Below are positions 30,509-39,281 of a DNA stretch of 64,000 nt, piece by piece (within the stretch, counting starts at the first letter, position 1; every line of letters starts with the position of its first letter). Source of the stretch: Solirubrobacterales bacterium (lineage in GTDB: Bacteria > Actinomycetota > Thermoleophilia > Solirubrobacterales > Solirubrobacteraceae); the NCBI GenBank assembly GCA_003132505.1, contig PKXY01000026.1, positions 79,396 to 143,395 of the forward strand, written 5' to 3'. The translations under genes and the position numbers were made by a program. Below the pieces are notes generated by a model. It had not been told where the DNA came from. It worked only from the letters and a program-made list of their open reading frames with translations, and made no database searches.

Positions 30509-30814
30509 AGTAGCCGGAATGGAGCAAGCTTCCGCTCAGCGCCGTCTCAGAGGTGACGCGCCGAGCAGATCTGTTGGCCCATATCACGCCGACAGAAGTA
30601 GTACCTCTCCTCCCCCTCAGGCCCGCTGCGGGATGGCCGCGTTAGGCGGTCACTCCTCGCGGCGGCGCCTGCTGCTCCGGATCAGCTCGGTTTTGGAAGC
30701 TGTCGACGAAGCTCTTGTCTGATTTGCGGCGTCGTGAAGTTGTCCCCGGTTTGGTGGGTCAGTTGGGGAGCGGTCCGAGGTGGATTTTGACTGCGTGAAG
30801 CGGTGTCGTCGGGT

Positions 30815-31759
30815 TCATGGTCGCATTGGCGTGGCGGCGCGCGCGAGTCTGGCGAAGCGTTCCGACGTGATCTCGATGTCGAGGACTGGCGAGAGGGCTT
30901 GTGTCCAGCCGTGGAGGAAGTAGTCCCAGCCGTCGTGCACCGACACGGCGCGCGCGGTGGCTTGCGTTTGCGCGGTGGCGAGGAACTCGAGCGTGCCGCG
31001 ATAGTTGAAGTCCCACGCGGTGCTGGCTTCGGGGAACATCGCGTGCTGTGTGAGTGGCGAGCCGGGGTGGTCTTTGCCGAGCCCTGTCGCGTTGATCACG
31101 AGCGAGCCGGGCGGCAGCCCGGCGATCATCGCGTCGTTCTCGCGCGCGTCGTGGTGCTGGGCGTAGACGACGCTGGAGTGGACCGCTGGGAGTGCCGCGA
31201 GCAGCGAGCGCAGTGCTGCGAGTCGCGCCGCGTCCGTGTCGACGAATGTCAGTCGGCGTGGCACGTCTTCGACCGCGGCGAAGGCGCGATCTGCTTTGCG
31301 GTAGAGCAGCGCGAGTGCGAGCGCGCTGCCCGCGCCCCCGGCGCCGAAGCAGACCACGTCGGAGCGCCGGGGCATCCAGTCCGCTCCGAGCACGGACGGC
31401 AGCACATGCGCTACAGCGAGCGGATCGCGTGCGTAGCCAGACAGCGTTCCATCCTGCGTTGAGAGCGCGTTGAACTCGCGTAGGAGCGAGGCGAACTCGT
31501 CAGTGTGGGCCAACAGGTCGTGCGCGGCCGCGAATATGCTGAGTTTGTGCGAGGTGACGACGGCGCCGAGCACTTCGGGGTCGTCGCGGAGCGATTGCAC
31601 CACGGCGCGGTAGCGTTCGCTCGGCGCGCCGAGCGGAACGTCGATGCCGTCGAGCACAAGTGGTCGGCCGAGCTCGTGGGCCCACGCCGGAAAGACCCGG
31701 TGGATGCGCGAGCCGGCGGTGCTGACGCCGATGTAGCGGATGCGCTCGACGGCTGCCAA
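30815..31759 (-). CDS. shikimate/quinate dehydrogenase-family protein (divergent AroE-like)
   Basis: IGVSTAGSRIH..., VTSHKL and the Rossmann motif VVCFGAGGAGSALALALL. The substrate is unknown. Confidence 0.6.
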   Translation of the reverse strand: MAAVERIRYIGVSTAGSRIHRVFPAWAHELGRPLVLDGIDVPLGAPSERYRAVVQSLRDDPEVLGAVVTSHKLSIFAAAHDLLAHTDEFASLLREFNALSTQDGTLSGYARDPLAVAHVLPSVLGADWMPRRSDVVCFGAGGAGSALALALLYRKADRAFAAVEDVPRRLTFVDTDAARLAALRSLLAALPAVHSSVVYAQHHDARENDAMIAGLPPGSLVINATGLGKDHPGSPLTQHAMFPEASTAWDFNYRGTLEFLATAQTQATARAVSVHDGWDYFLHGWTQALSPVLDIEITSERFARLARAATPMRP

Positions 31760-31762
31760 TGG

Positions 31763-32449
31763 CTATTGGAGGTTGTCGTGGCGAGCCGCGAGCTCGGCGT
31801 ACGTGCGTCCGAGCGTCGTCTGCAGGCGCCAGCAGAGCGAGTCGAGCAGGATTAGGGCTGCCTGCTCGAACAGCGAGCCAGCGTGCTGGCGGGTCTGTAC
31901 GTCGCGCACTGGCAGGACGACCGCAACGCTCGCCGCGCGCGTCAGCGGTGCGTGCGCGTCCGCGCACAGCGCCGCAACGTGTGCACCGGCGGCGAGTGCG
32001 CGCTGCACTTGGTGCAGCGTGATGCGCTTGGTGCCGGACCTCGAGAGCACAACGACGAGGTCTCCCGGGCCGACGGCGGGAGCGGTCGCCTCACCGACCA
32101 CGTGTGTCTCCTTCCCGAGATGCCCCAGACGGACCGCAAACGCCGCCGCCACCAGGCCAGAGCGCCCCTGCCCGGCAGCGAACACCCGCGCAGCATCGAG
32201 CACGGTGTCCGCGAGTCGCTCGAGGTCCTGCGGGTCGATCCGGTCGAACACGGACGCCAATTCGCCGAGCACGACCCGTGGATCTCCGGCCGCGACCTGC
32301 GTCACAGGGAGGCCTCGACCGCAACCGACGGGGTCCTGTCGGACAACGAGCGAGCTGATGACTGCTTCCTCAACCGCTCCACCGATCCACTGTACAAGCA
32401 GCCTTCGTTGGTGACTGCCGGAGCGTCCGCTCGCGCGGTGACCGGCCAC
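31763..32449 (-). CDS. SIS-domain sugar-phosphate isomerase-like protein (6-phospho-3-hexuloisomerase-like)
   Basis: VFAAGQGRSGLVAAAFAVRLGHLG...VVVLSRSGTKRITL...GSLFEQAALILLD. The true start is probably internal to the tracked ORF. Confidence 0.6.
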   Translation of the reverse strand: MAGHRASGRSGSHQRRLLVQWIGGAVEEAVISSLVVRQDPVGCGRGLPVTQVAAGDPRVVLGELASVFDRIDPQDLERLADTVLDAARVFAAGQGRSGLVAAAFAVRLGHLGKETHVVGEATAPAVGPGDLVVVLSRSGTKRITLHQVQRALAAGAHVAALCADAHAPLTRAASVAVVLPVRDVQTRQHAGSLFEQAALILLDSLCWRLQTTLGRTYAELAARHDNLQ

Positions 32450-32476
32450 CGCGGACAGTGATAATGACTGTGCCCG

Positions 32477-33637
32477 GTGTCCGACGAACTAGAGGAATTT
32501 CGTGTCGAGATCCCAGAGGTTGATCTGCGGGATCTCACGGAGCGCCTCGAACGCACTCGCTGGCCGGACCCCGAGACGGTCTCGGACTGGTCGCAGGGCG
32601 TGCCACTCGACTACATCCGGGAGCTGTGCGGTTACTGGGCGGCCGGGTACGACTGGCGGGCGACCGAGGCCCGGCTGAACGCACTGCCCCAGTTCCGAAC
32701 CGAGATCGATGGGCTCGGGATCCACTTCATCCACGTTCGCTCGCCACACCCGGACGCCCTCCCGCTCGTCATTACCCATGGCTGGCCAGGCTCGATCGTC
32801 GAGTTCCTGAAGGTCATCGGGCCGCTCACCGATCCAACGGCTCACGGCGGGACGGCGGCGGACGCCTTCCACGTGGTGTGCCCTTCGCTTCCGGGCTACG
32901 GGTTCAGCGACAAGCCCGAGCAGCCGGGCTGGGGTGTGGAGCGGATCGCGGCCACCTGGACGGCGCTGATGGCACGGCTCGGTTATCAGCGCTACGGCGC
33001 ACAAGGCAGCGACTGGGGAACCAGTATCAGCGCAAGCATCGGCCAACAAGACCCCGAACACGTCGTCGGGATCCACCTGACCCCGCCGCTTGCGCCGCCG
33101 GACCCCGCGACGTTCGACGATCTCACCGAGCGAGAACGCGCAGCGCTCGCCTCACTGCAGCGCTCCGCCGAGTCCGACTCCGGCTACTACCAAGAGCACG
33201 CCACTCGACCTCAGACGATCGGATACGCGCTCGTTGACTCACCGGCCGCGCTCTGCGCGTGGATCATCGAAAAGTTCTGGGCCTGGACTGACTGTGACGG
33301 CCGCATCGAGAACGTGCTCACTCGCGACGAGCTCCTCGACAACCTGATGCTCTACTGGCTTCCCCGCACGGGCGCATCCTCGGCACGCCTGTACTGGGAG
33401 AGCTTCGGGCAGGTAAGCGAGTTGATCAGCGGGTCAACCGTGGACACAATCACGGTTCCGACCGGCTGTTCCGTCTTCCCCAAAGAGCTCCAGCGACCCT
33501 CACGCCGATGGGCGGAGAAGCGCTTCACCGACATCCGCTACTGGAACGAGCCCGAGAAAGGCGGCCACTTCGCAGCATTCGAACAACCCGAACTCTTTGT
33601 ACACGAGGTCCGCTCGTGCTTCGCGCAACTCCAATGA
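32477..33637 (+). CDS. epoxide hydrolase (microsomal-type, EHN N-terminal domain plus alpha/beta hydrolase)
   Basis: FRVEIPEVDLRDLTERLERTRWPD, GLGIHFIHVRS, ITHGWPGS and GGHFAAFEQPELF. Confidence 0.85.
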   Translation: MSDELEEFRVEIPEVDLRDLTERLERTRWPDPETVSDWSQGVPLDYIRELCGYWAAGYDWRATEARLNALPQFRTEIDGLGIHFIHVRSPHPDALPLVITHGWPGSIVEFLKVIGPLTDPTAHGGTAADAFHVVCPSLPGYGFSDKPEQPGWGVERIAATWTALMARLGYQRYGAQGSDWGTSISASIGQQDPEHVVGIHLTPPLAPPDPATFDDLTERERAALASLQRSAESDSGYYQEHATRPQTIGYALVDSPAALCAWIIEKFWAWTDCDGRIENVLTRDELLDNLMLYWLPRTGASSARLYWESFGQVSELISGSTVDTITVPTGCSVFPKELQRPSRRWAEKRFTDIRYWNEPEKGGHFAAFEQPELFVHEVRSCFAQLQ

Positions 33638-33701
33638 CCACGTAGACAGCGAGGGCGCGGCCGTCGAAGGTTCGCGCGCAGACCAAACATCCCGCGGTTA
33701 G

Positions 33702-33734
33702 GCGAGGACGGCGGCCGAAGGCCGACCGCCTCGC
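33702..33734. terminator. 14-bp bulged GC hairpin between convergent genes
   Basis: GCGAGGaCGGCGGCC-gaa-GGCCGaCCGCCTCGC, read directly. It lies in the 102-nt gap between stops 33637 (+) and 33740 (-). Confidence 0.5.
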
Positions 33735-33739
33735 AGCCC

Positions 33740-34828
33740 CTAGGCCGGGGTCCGAAGCTCTGCCGCCTGCCTCGTCACCGCGCGCTTGCCCCAGTTGGAA
33801 CGCTCGGCGTACTCGATGATGCGCGGGAAGTAGTCGCGGAGCGGCACGGCGCTGATGCCAAGCGGCCCGAGCAGGGCTCGCGCGCGGTCGTCGTCGAGGG
33901 TGGCTTCGATGCCGAAGTAGGGCAGATAGACGCTTGCCTGATCGGGCGTCGAAGAACCGTCAGCGACGAGGCGCGGCGGGGGACGGTCGAACTCGCGGCA
34001 CGCAAGTTCGATCAGCTCGCGGTTGGTGAGAGCGCTCGAGCCGGCGACGAGGTGAAAGTTGCCGCTCGCCCCGTCCAGCTCGAGCAGAGCGATCAACGCG
34101 CTCGCGACGTAGTCGATCGACACGATGTCGGCGACACCCTGCGGGTCGACCGGCACCTCGTCCATCAGCCCGCGCGAGAATGCGCGCAGCGGCCAGTAGA
34201 TGACATTGAAGACGGGCGTCCAACCGGTGCGGCTGTCGCCGACGACGATGCTCGGCCGGGCTACGACCAGCGGCAGATCCCCGGCGGCCTCGACGATTGC
34301 CTTCTCGCCGGCGAACTTCGACTGCTCGTAGGTGTTGCGAAAGCCCTGGCCGAGGTCGAGGTCGGACTCGCGAAAGTGCCCGTGGTAGCGACCAGCGACG
34401 TAGGCGGTCGAGACGTGAATGTGCCGGCGCAGCCGCCCGCGATCGGCCAGGGCGCGGGCCAGTTCGAGCATCCTCAGCGGCCCGACCGAGTTCGTCTCGC
34501 GGGCCGTCTCGATCGGCAGGTCGAAGGAGATCGACGCGGCGCAGTGGACGATGCTCGTAACGCGTGCGAGAACCTCTTCGCGCTCGGCGCCGCCGAGCGC
34601 GAGACCATCGACCGAAACGTCGCCCGTGACCACGCCGACGCGCGCGATACCGGGCGGCGGATCATCGTAGAGTTGGGCGTAGACGCCTCGCAGTCGCTGC
34701 CTCGCGGCGTCGCGCGACGCGGCCCGAACGAGGCAGATCACCTCGATGTCGTCGCGCTCGATCAGGCGAGCGAGGATCTCCATTCCGAGAAAGCCGGTCG
34801 CTCCAGTGAGCAGGACCGTCTCACTCAC
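33740..34828 (-). CDS. SDR-type NAD(P)-dependent reductase of the thioester-reductase / 'male sterility' (NAD_binding_4) kind; possible fatty acyl reductase
   Basis: VLLTGATGFLGMEILARL...VICLVRA...VTGDVS...IVHCAASISF...VSTAYV. The start is re-called to the GTG at 34828, which overlaps the fabI stop (GTGAGTGA). Confidence 0.7.
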   Translation of the reverse strand: MSETVLLTGATGFLGMEILARLIERDDIEVICLVRAASRDAARQRLRGVYAQLYDDPPPGIARVGVVTGDVSVDGLALGGAEREEVLARVTSIVHCAASISFDLPIETARETNSVGPLRMLELARALADRGRLRRHIHVSTAYVAGRYHGHFRESDLDLGQGFRNTYEQSKFAGEKAIVEAAGDLPLVVARPSIVVGDSRTGWTPVFNVIYWPLRAFSRGLMDEVPVDPQGVADIVSIDYVASALIALLELDGASGNFHLVAGSSALTNRELIELACREFDRPPPRLVADGSSTPDQASVYLPYFGIEATLDDDRARALLGPLGISAVPLRDYFPRIIEYAERSNWGKRAVTRQAAELRTPA

Positions 34829-35603
34829 CGAGCGGCGCCCCCATCGCGTGGAAGCCGCCGTCGACATGGATGATCTCACCGGTGATCGCGCGCGCGAAGT
34901 CCGAGAGCAGGAAGCAGACCGTCGCGGCCACCGGCCCGGCGTCACGCGTGTCCCAGCCTAGCGGGGCGCCGGCGCGCCACAGCCCGGCCAACGTGTCGAA
35001 ACCCGGGATCCCTCCGGCGGCGATGGTCTCGATCGGGCCAGCCGAGACGAGGTTCACGCGGATCCCGCGCGGCCCGAGATCGCGCGCGAGGTAGCGGGAC
35101 ACACTCTCGAGCGCCGCCTTCGCGACGCCCATCCAGTCGTAGACCGGCCATGCAACGCTGGCGTCGAAGTCGAGACCGACGACAGAGGCGCCGCCGTCGG
35201 CCGCCGCCAGCTGCGTCGCGAGCGCAGCGGCCAGCGCCTTGAAGGAGTAGGCGCTGGTCTCAAAAGCGGTGATCGCACTCTGCGCCGGCGTGTCGAGGAA
35301 ACCGCCGCCAAGCGCGTCCTCCGGAGCGAAGGCGATGGCGTGCAAGAGGCCGTCGAGCGCTCCCCAGCGGTGCTCGATCTCTCGCGCCACGGCGGCCAGG
35401 TCGTCCGGGCTGTTGACGTCGAGCTCGAGCACGTCGGGCGGGATCGGAAGCGCTTTCGCGGCGCGCTCCGTCAATCGCTTGCCGCGGCCGAACCCCGTGA
35501 GCGTCACCTCGGCGCCAAGCTCCTGGGCTTGGCGCGCGACCTCGAACGCGATCGAGCCGCGCGTCAGGACGCCGGTGACCAAAAGGCGCTTGCCGTCGAG
35601 CAT
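34821..35603 (-). CDS. fabI: enoyl-ACP reductase (NADH), FabI/InhA type
   Basis: MLDGKRLLVTGVLTRGSIAFEVARQAQELGAEV...YDWMGVAKAALES. The catalytic Y...K context is present. Confidence 0.88.
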   Translation of the reverse strand: MLDGKRLLVTGVLTRGSIAFEVARQAQELGAEVTLTGFGRGKRLTERAAKALPIPPDVLELDVNSPDDLAAVAREIEHRWGALDGLLHAIAFAPEDALGGGFLDTPAQSAITAFETSAYSFKALAAALATQLAAADGGASVVGLDFDASVAWPVYDWMGVAKAALESVSRYLARDLGPRGIRVNLVSAGPIETIAAGGIPGFDTLAGLWRAGAPLGWDTRDAGPVAATVCFLLSDFARAITGEIIHVDGGFHAMGAPLGE

Positions 35604-35619
35604 CAGCCACGCTCCGACT

Positions 35620-37074
35620 TCATAGAGGAATGTTGCCGAGCGGGCGGCGGCGCGGCGGCACAGAGTCGAGCGCCAAGAAGGCCGCCGAGACTCGCTCGCG
35701 CGTTTCAGCGGGTTGGATCACGTCGTCCACGTAGCCCTCGGCGCTCGCGGCCCCTGGATGCAGGTGCTCAGCCGCGTAGCTGGCTGCGAGCTCCACGCGG
35801 GCGCTCGCCGGATCATCGGCGGACTGGATCTCACGCCGGTTGATGATGTCAACCGCCTGCAGCGCGCCCATGACGCCGAGCTGCGCGCTCGGCCAGGCGT
35901 AGACGAAATCGGCACCAAGCTCCTTGGCGTTCATCGCGATGAACGCGCCGCCGAAGGCCTTTCGGATCAACACCGTGACGCGCGGGACAGTGCACTCTGC
36001 GAATGCGTGCACGAGCTTCGCTCCGTGACGGATGACGCCGAGCTTCTCCTGCTTGGTTCCCGGCAGGAAGCCAGGCGTGTCGACCAGCACGAGCAGTGGA
36101 ATGCGGAACAGGTTGCAGGTCCGCACGAAGCGTGCCGCCTTTTGCGACGCATCGCTGTCGAGGACACCGCCGAGGTAGCGCGGCTGGTTGGCGACGATTC
36201 CAACCGAGCGCCCCTCGAGGCGACCAAACGCGCAGACAATGTTGCGCGCGTAGCGCGGCGAGATCTCGAGCAGACGGCCGCCGTCGAGCAGCGCACGGGC
36301 GACATCGCGGATGTCGTAGACCTTGCGCTCCTCCGCTGGGACGAATTGATCGGGCGCCACGGCAGGCGGATCCACCACTGGCCACAGCGTCGGCGGCGCC
36401 TCGCTGTTCTGTGGCAGGAAGTCGAGCAGGTCGCGAGCGAGCAGCGCCGCGTCCACGTCGGTCGGTGCCACGAGATGGCAGACCCCGTTGCGCTCATGCA
36501 CGCGCGGACCACCGAGCTCGAGTGCGGTTACGTCCTCGCCCGTGACTGCCGCAACGACGCCCGGACCGGTCAGGAACATGCTCGCGCTCTCGGTCATGAT
36601 CACGAAATCGGTCAGCGCCGGCGCATATGAGCCGCCGCCCGCCGAGGCGCCACAGATCACCGAGATCTGAGGCACGCGACCTGACAGCGCAACGTGGTGG
36701 TTGAAGATCCGCCCGTAGCCGGAGAGCGCGGCGAGGCCCTCCTGCATCCGCGCGCCCGCGGACTCCACGAAGCCGATCACCGGCACGAGCGTGCGCTCGG
36801 CCAACGCCAGGACCGACACGACGGTGTCCGCGTGGGCCTCGCCGAGCGAGCCACCTGCGAACGAGGCGTCCTGCGCGAAGCAGGCGACCGGGCGACCGTC
36901 GACGCGACCAGTCGCGCCGAGCACTCCATCCCCCGGACGCGCCTTGTCGCCCATGCGACGCGAGCGCACGTCGGTACGCAGAAGATGCAGCGAATCGGGA
37001 TCGCAGAGAACCTCGAGCCGCTCGAGCGGGGAGAGCTTCGCTTCGGGACCCCGTAGGGCAGGTGCCATCGTCAT
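35620..37074 (-). CDS. accD: acyl-CoA carboxylase carboxyltransferase (beta) subunit
   Basis: Two crotonase-like CT halves (GGSLGEAHADT..., GPGVVAAVTGEDV, FVRTCNLFRIPLLVLVDTPGFLPG). The ATG at 37074 overlaps the fabF stop (ATGA). Confidence 0.85.
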   Translation of the reverse strand: MTMAPALRGPEAKLSPLERLEVLCDPDSLHLLRTDVRSRRMGDKARPGDGVLGATGRVDGRPVACFAQDASFAGGSLGEAHADTVVSVLALAERTLVPVIGFVESAGARMQEGLAALSGYGRIFNHHVALSGRVPQISVICGASAGGGSYAPALTDFVIMTESASMFLTGPGVVAAVTGEDVTALELGGPRVHERNGVCHLVAPTDVDAALLARDLLDFLPQNSEAPPTLWPVVDPPAVAPDQFVPAEERKVYDIRDVARALLDGGRLLEISPRYARNIVCAFGRLEGRSVGIVANQPRYLGGVLDSDASQKAARFVRTCNLFRIPLLVLVDTPGFLPGTKQEKLGVIRHGAKLVHAFAECTVPRVTVLIRKAFGGAFIAMNAKELGADFVYAWPSAQLGVMGALQAVDIINRREIQSADDPASARVELAASYAAEHLHPGAASAEGYVDDVIQPAETRERVSAAFLALDSVPPRRRPLGNIPL

Positions 37075-38267
37075 GTCGCCTCCAAGCACAGCACGGCGTT
37101 GTGACCGCCGAAGCCGAATGAGTTGGAAATCGCGATGGCCCGCCGGCCGTCAAGGTCCAGCGTCCGCGCGATGTTTGGGATGTAGTCGAGATCGAGCTCG
37201 GGATCGGGCTCTTCGAGTCCGAGCGTCGGCGGCAGCACGCGGGCCCGTAGCGCAAGGATCGTCGCGACCGCCTCAACGGCCCCGGCGGCCCCGAGCAGGT
37301 GCCCGATCGCCGATTTGGTCGACGAGATCGGGATCGTCTTTGCGCGTTCACCGAGCGCCGTCTTGAGCGCCGCGGTCTCCGCGCGGTCGTTGATCGGTGT
37401 CGAGGTACCGTGGGCGTTGACGTAGACGAGGTCGTCGGGCGTCAGCTCGGCGTCCTCGAGCGCACGGGTGATAGCGGCCGCCGCCCCTTCGCCGTTGGCC
37501 GGCGGAGCCGTGATGTGAAAGGCGTCCGACGTCGCGCCGTAGCCGCGGGCGATCGCGAGAACCCGTGCGCCACGCGCCCGCGCCGCCTCGCCGTTCTCGA
37601 GCACGAGCACACCCGCCCCCTCGCCCATCACGAAGCCGTCGCGACGCCGATCGAAGGGACGTGAGATGCCGCTCGGCGACAGCGCGTCGACGGCGGCAAA
37701 CGCAGCCCGCGACAGCGGCGTCAGCGCCGCCTCGGTGCCGCCCGCGACGACGGCGGTCGCATCGCCGTACTGGATCGCGCGCATCGCCGAGCCGATGGCG
37801 TGCGTTCCGGCGGCGCAAGCCGACACGACGCCGTAACTGGGCCCTTTCAAGCCGTGACGCATGCTCACCGCCGCGGCGCCAGCGTTGCCCATCATCAGCG
37901 GGACCGCGAGCGGCGAAACGAGCTTTGGCCCCTGTTCGATGAGCGTGCGGTCGTTGGCCTCGATCGTGCCGATACCGCCGATTCCCGTGCCGATGATCGC
38001 TCCGATGCGCGCGGCTTCGTAGGGCAGCTCGGCGTCCCAGCCGGCGTCGGCCAACGCCTCGCCCGCAGCTACGAGCACGAGCTGAGAGAAGCGATCCGCC
38101 CGGCGCGCCTGCTTGACCGAGAAGTGGTCGGTCACGACCAACTCGTCGCAGCGTCCCTCCCCGTCCTCGATGCCGCAGACGCCCGCAGCCCAGCGCTCGT
38201 GCAGCTTTGCGGCGCCGACGCCGAGCGGCGTCACTGCGCCCACGCCGGTGACGACGACTTCGTTCAC
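37071..38267 (-). CDS. fabF: beta-ketoacyl-ACP synthase II
   Basis: Active-site Cys context (GPSYGVVSACAAGTHAIG), the His-His pair (VNAHGTSTP, GHLLGAAG) and C-terminal NSFGFGGHNA. Confidence 0.92.
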   Translation of the reverse strand: MNEVVVTGVGAVTPLGVGAAKLHERWAAGVCGIEDGEGRCDELVVTDHFSVKQARRADRFSQLVLVAAGEALADAGWDAELPYEAARIGAIIGTGIGGIGTIEANDRTLIEQGPKLVSPLAVPLMMGNAGAAAVSMRHGLKGPSYGVVSACAAGTHAIGSAMRAIQYGDATAVVAGGTEAALTPLSRAAFAAVDALSPSGISRPFDRRRDGFVMGEGAGVLVLENGEAARARGARVLAIARGYGATSDAFHITAPPANGEGAAAAITRALEDAELTPDDLVYVNAHGTSTPINDRAETAALKTALGERAKTIPISSTKSAIGHLLGAAGAVEAVATILALRARVLPPTLGLEEPDPELDLDYIPNIARTLDLDGRRAIAISNSFGFGGHNAVLCLEAT

Positions 38268-38509
38268 TTGGCCCGCTCGGCCACGATGTCGATCGCATCG
38301 CCAACGGTCTTGATCTCCGATACGTCATTCGAGCTCAACTCGACACCGAAGTTCTCTTCGATGATCTGCGACAGCTCGGCAAGGTCGAGCGAGTCCACGT
38401 CGAGCGCGTCCAGCTCCGCGTCGCGCGAGATCGCGTCGCGGTCGGCGCCGAAGGTCACTAGCGAGTCGGTGATTACCTTCTCGATCTGATCGATGCTGGG
38501 CTCTGCCAT
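38264..38509 (-). CDS. acpP: acyl carrier protein
   Basis: The 81-aa protein carries the phosphopantetheine-attachment motif LDVDSLDLAEL. Confidence 0.9.
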   Translation of the reverse strand: MAEPSIDQIEKVITDSLVTFGADRDAISRDAELDALDVDSLDLAELSQIIEENFGVELSSNDVSEIKTVGDAIDIVAERAK

Positions 38510-38528
38510 CTGCGTCCTTTCGTGGTGG

Positions 38529-39281
38529 TCAGGCGGAAAGCCCGCCGTCGACGTACAGGGTTGTAGCGGTGATGTAACTCGCTCGCTCGGAGGCCAGGAA
38601 AGCGACGGCGTCGGCGACCTCCTCGGGACGACCAGTGCGCCGCGCGGGAATCCGCTCGCCGAGGTCCGACGGAATGCCCTCCGTCATCTCGGTCTCGATC
38701 AGGCCCGGGGCGACCGCGTTGATCGTCACCCCCCGCCTCGCGACCTCCACCGCAGCGGTCTTGCTGAACGCGATGACGGCTGCCTTCGAGGCGGCGTAGT
38801 TGGCCTGGCCTGCGTTGGCGCGGGGACCGATCACCGAGGCGATGTTGATCACGCGGCCAAAACGCGCGCGGATCATCTCGCGCAGCACAGCACGCGTCAG
38901 GCGGTACGTCGCTCCGAGGTTCGTGTCGAGCACGCGCTGCCAGTCCTCGTCGCTGAGCGACAGCGCAAGGCCGTCGGCGCGCAGGCCCGCATTGTTGACG
39001 AGCACGGCGAGCGGGCCGAGCTGCTCCCTCACGGCGCCGAGCAGCCGATCCGGGACGGCCGGGTCGGAGACGTCGCCCTGAATCGCAACCGCATGGCCCC
39101 CGGCCGACACGATCGCTTCGACGGTCGCCGTCGCCCCGTCGACGCCGCTGCGGTAATTGACGGCGACCGGCCAGCCGTCGGCAGCGAGCGCGAGCGCAAT
39201 CGCGGCGCCGATACCGCGCGACGCGCCGGTCACGAGCGCACAGGATCCTGCCGGACGCTGCTGGGGTTCACCGCTGGTCAC
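38529..39281 (-). CDS. fabG: 3-oxoacyl-ACP reductase
   Basis: ALVTGASRGIG, NNAG and the YAASKAA catalytic motif. The start is re-called to the GTG at 39281, which overlaps the fabH stop (GTGA). Confidence 0.88.
   Translation of the reverse strand: MTSGEPQQRPAGSCALVTGASRGIGAAIALALAADGWPVAVNYRSGVDGATATVEAIVSAGGHAVAIQGDVSDPAVPDRLLGAVREQLGPLAVLVNNAGLRADGLALSLSDEDWQRVLDTNLGATYRLTRAVLREMIRARFGRVINIASVIGPRANAGQANYAASKAAVIAFSKTAAVEVARRGVTINAVAPGLIETEMTEGIPSDLGERIPARRTGRPEEVADAVAFLASERASYITATTLYVDGGLSA

Noticed and set aside
30354-30587. 77-aa minus-strand ORF starting in the gntR upstream gap after a GGGGGAGGAGAGG purine run
   Set aside because: It overlaps gntR out of frame, the spacing from the purine run to the GTG is about 17 nt, and the peptide is low complexity.
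30519-30722. 67-aa plus-strand ORF in the 325-bp gap
   Set aside because: It has no SD, is Arg/Ser-rich, and lies antisense to the expected gntR promoter region.
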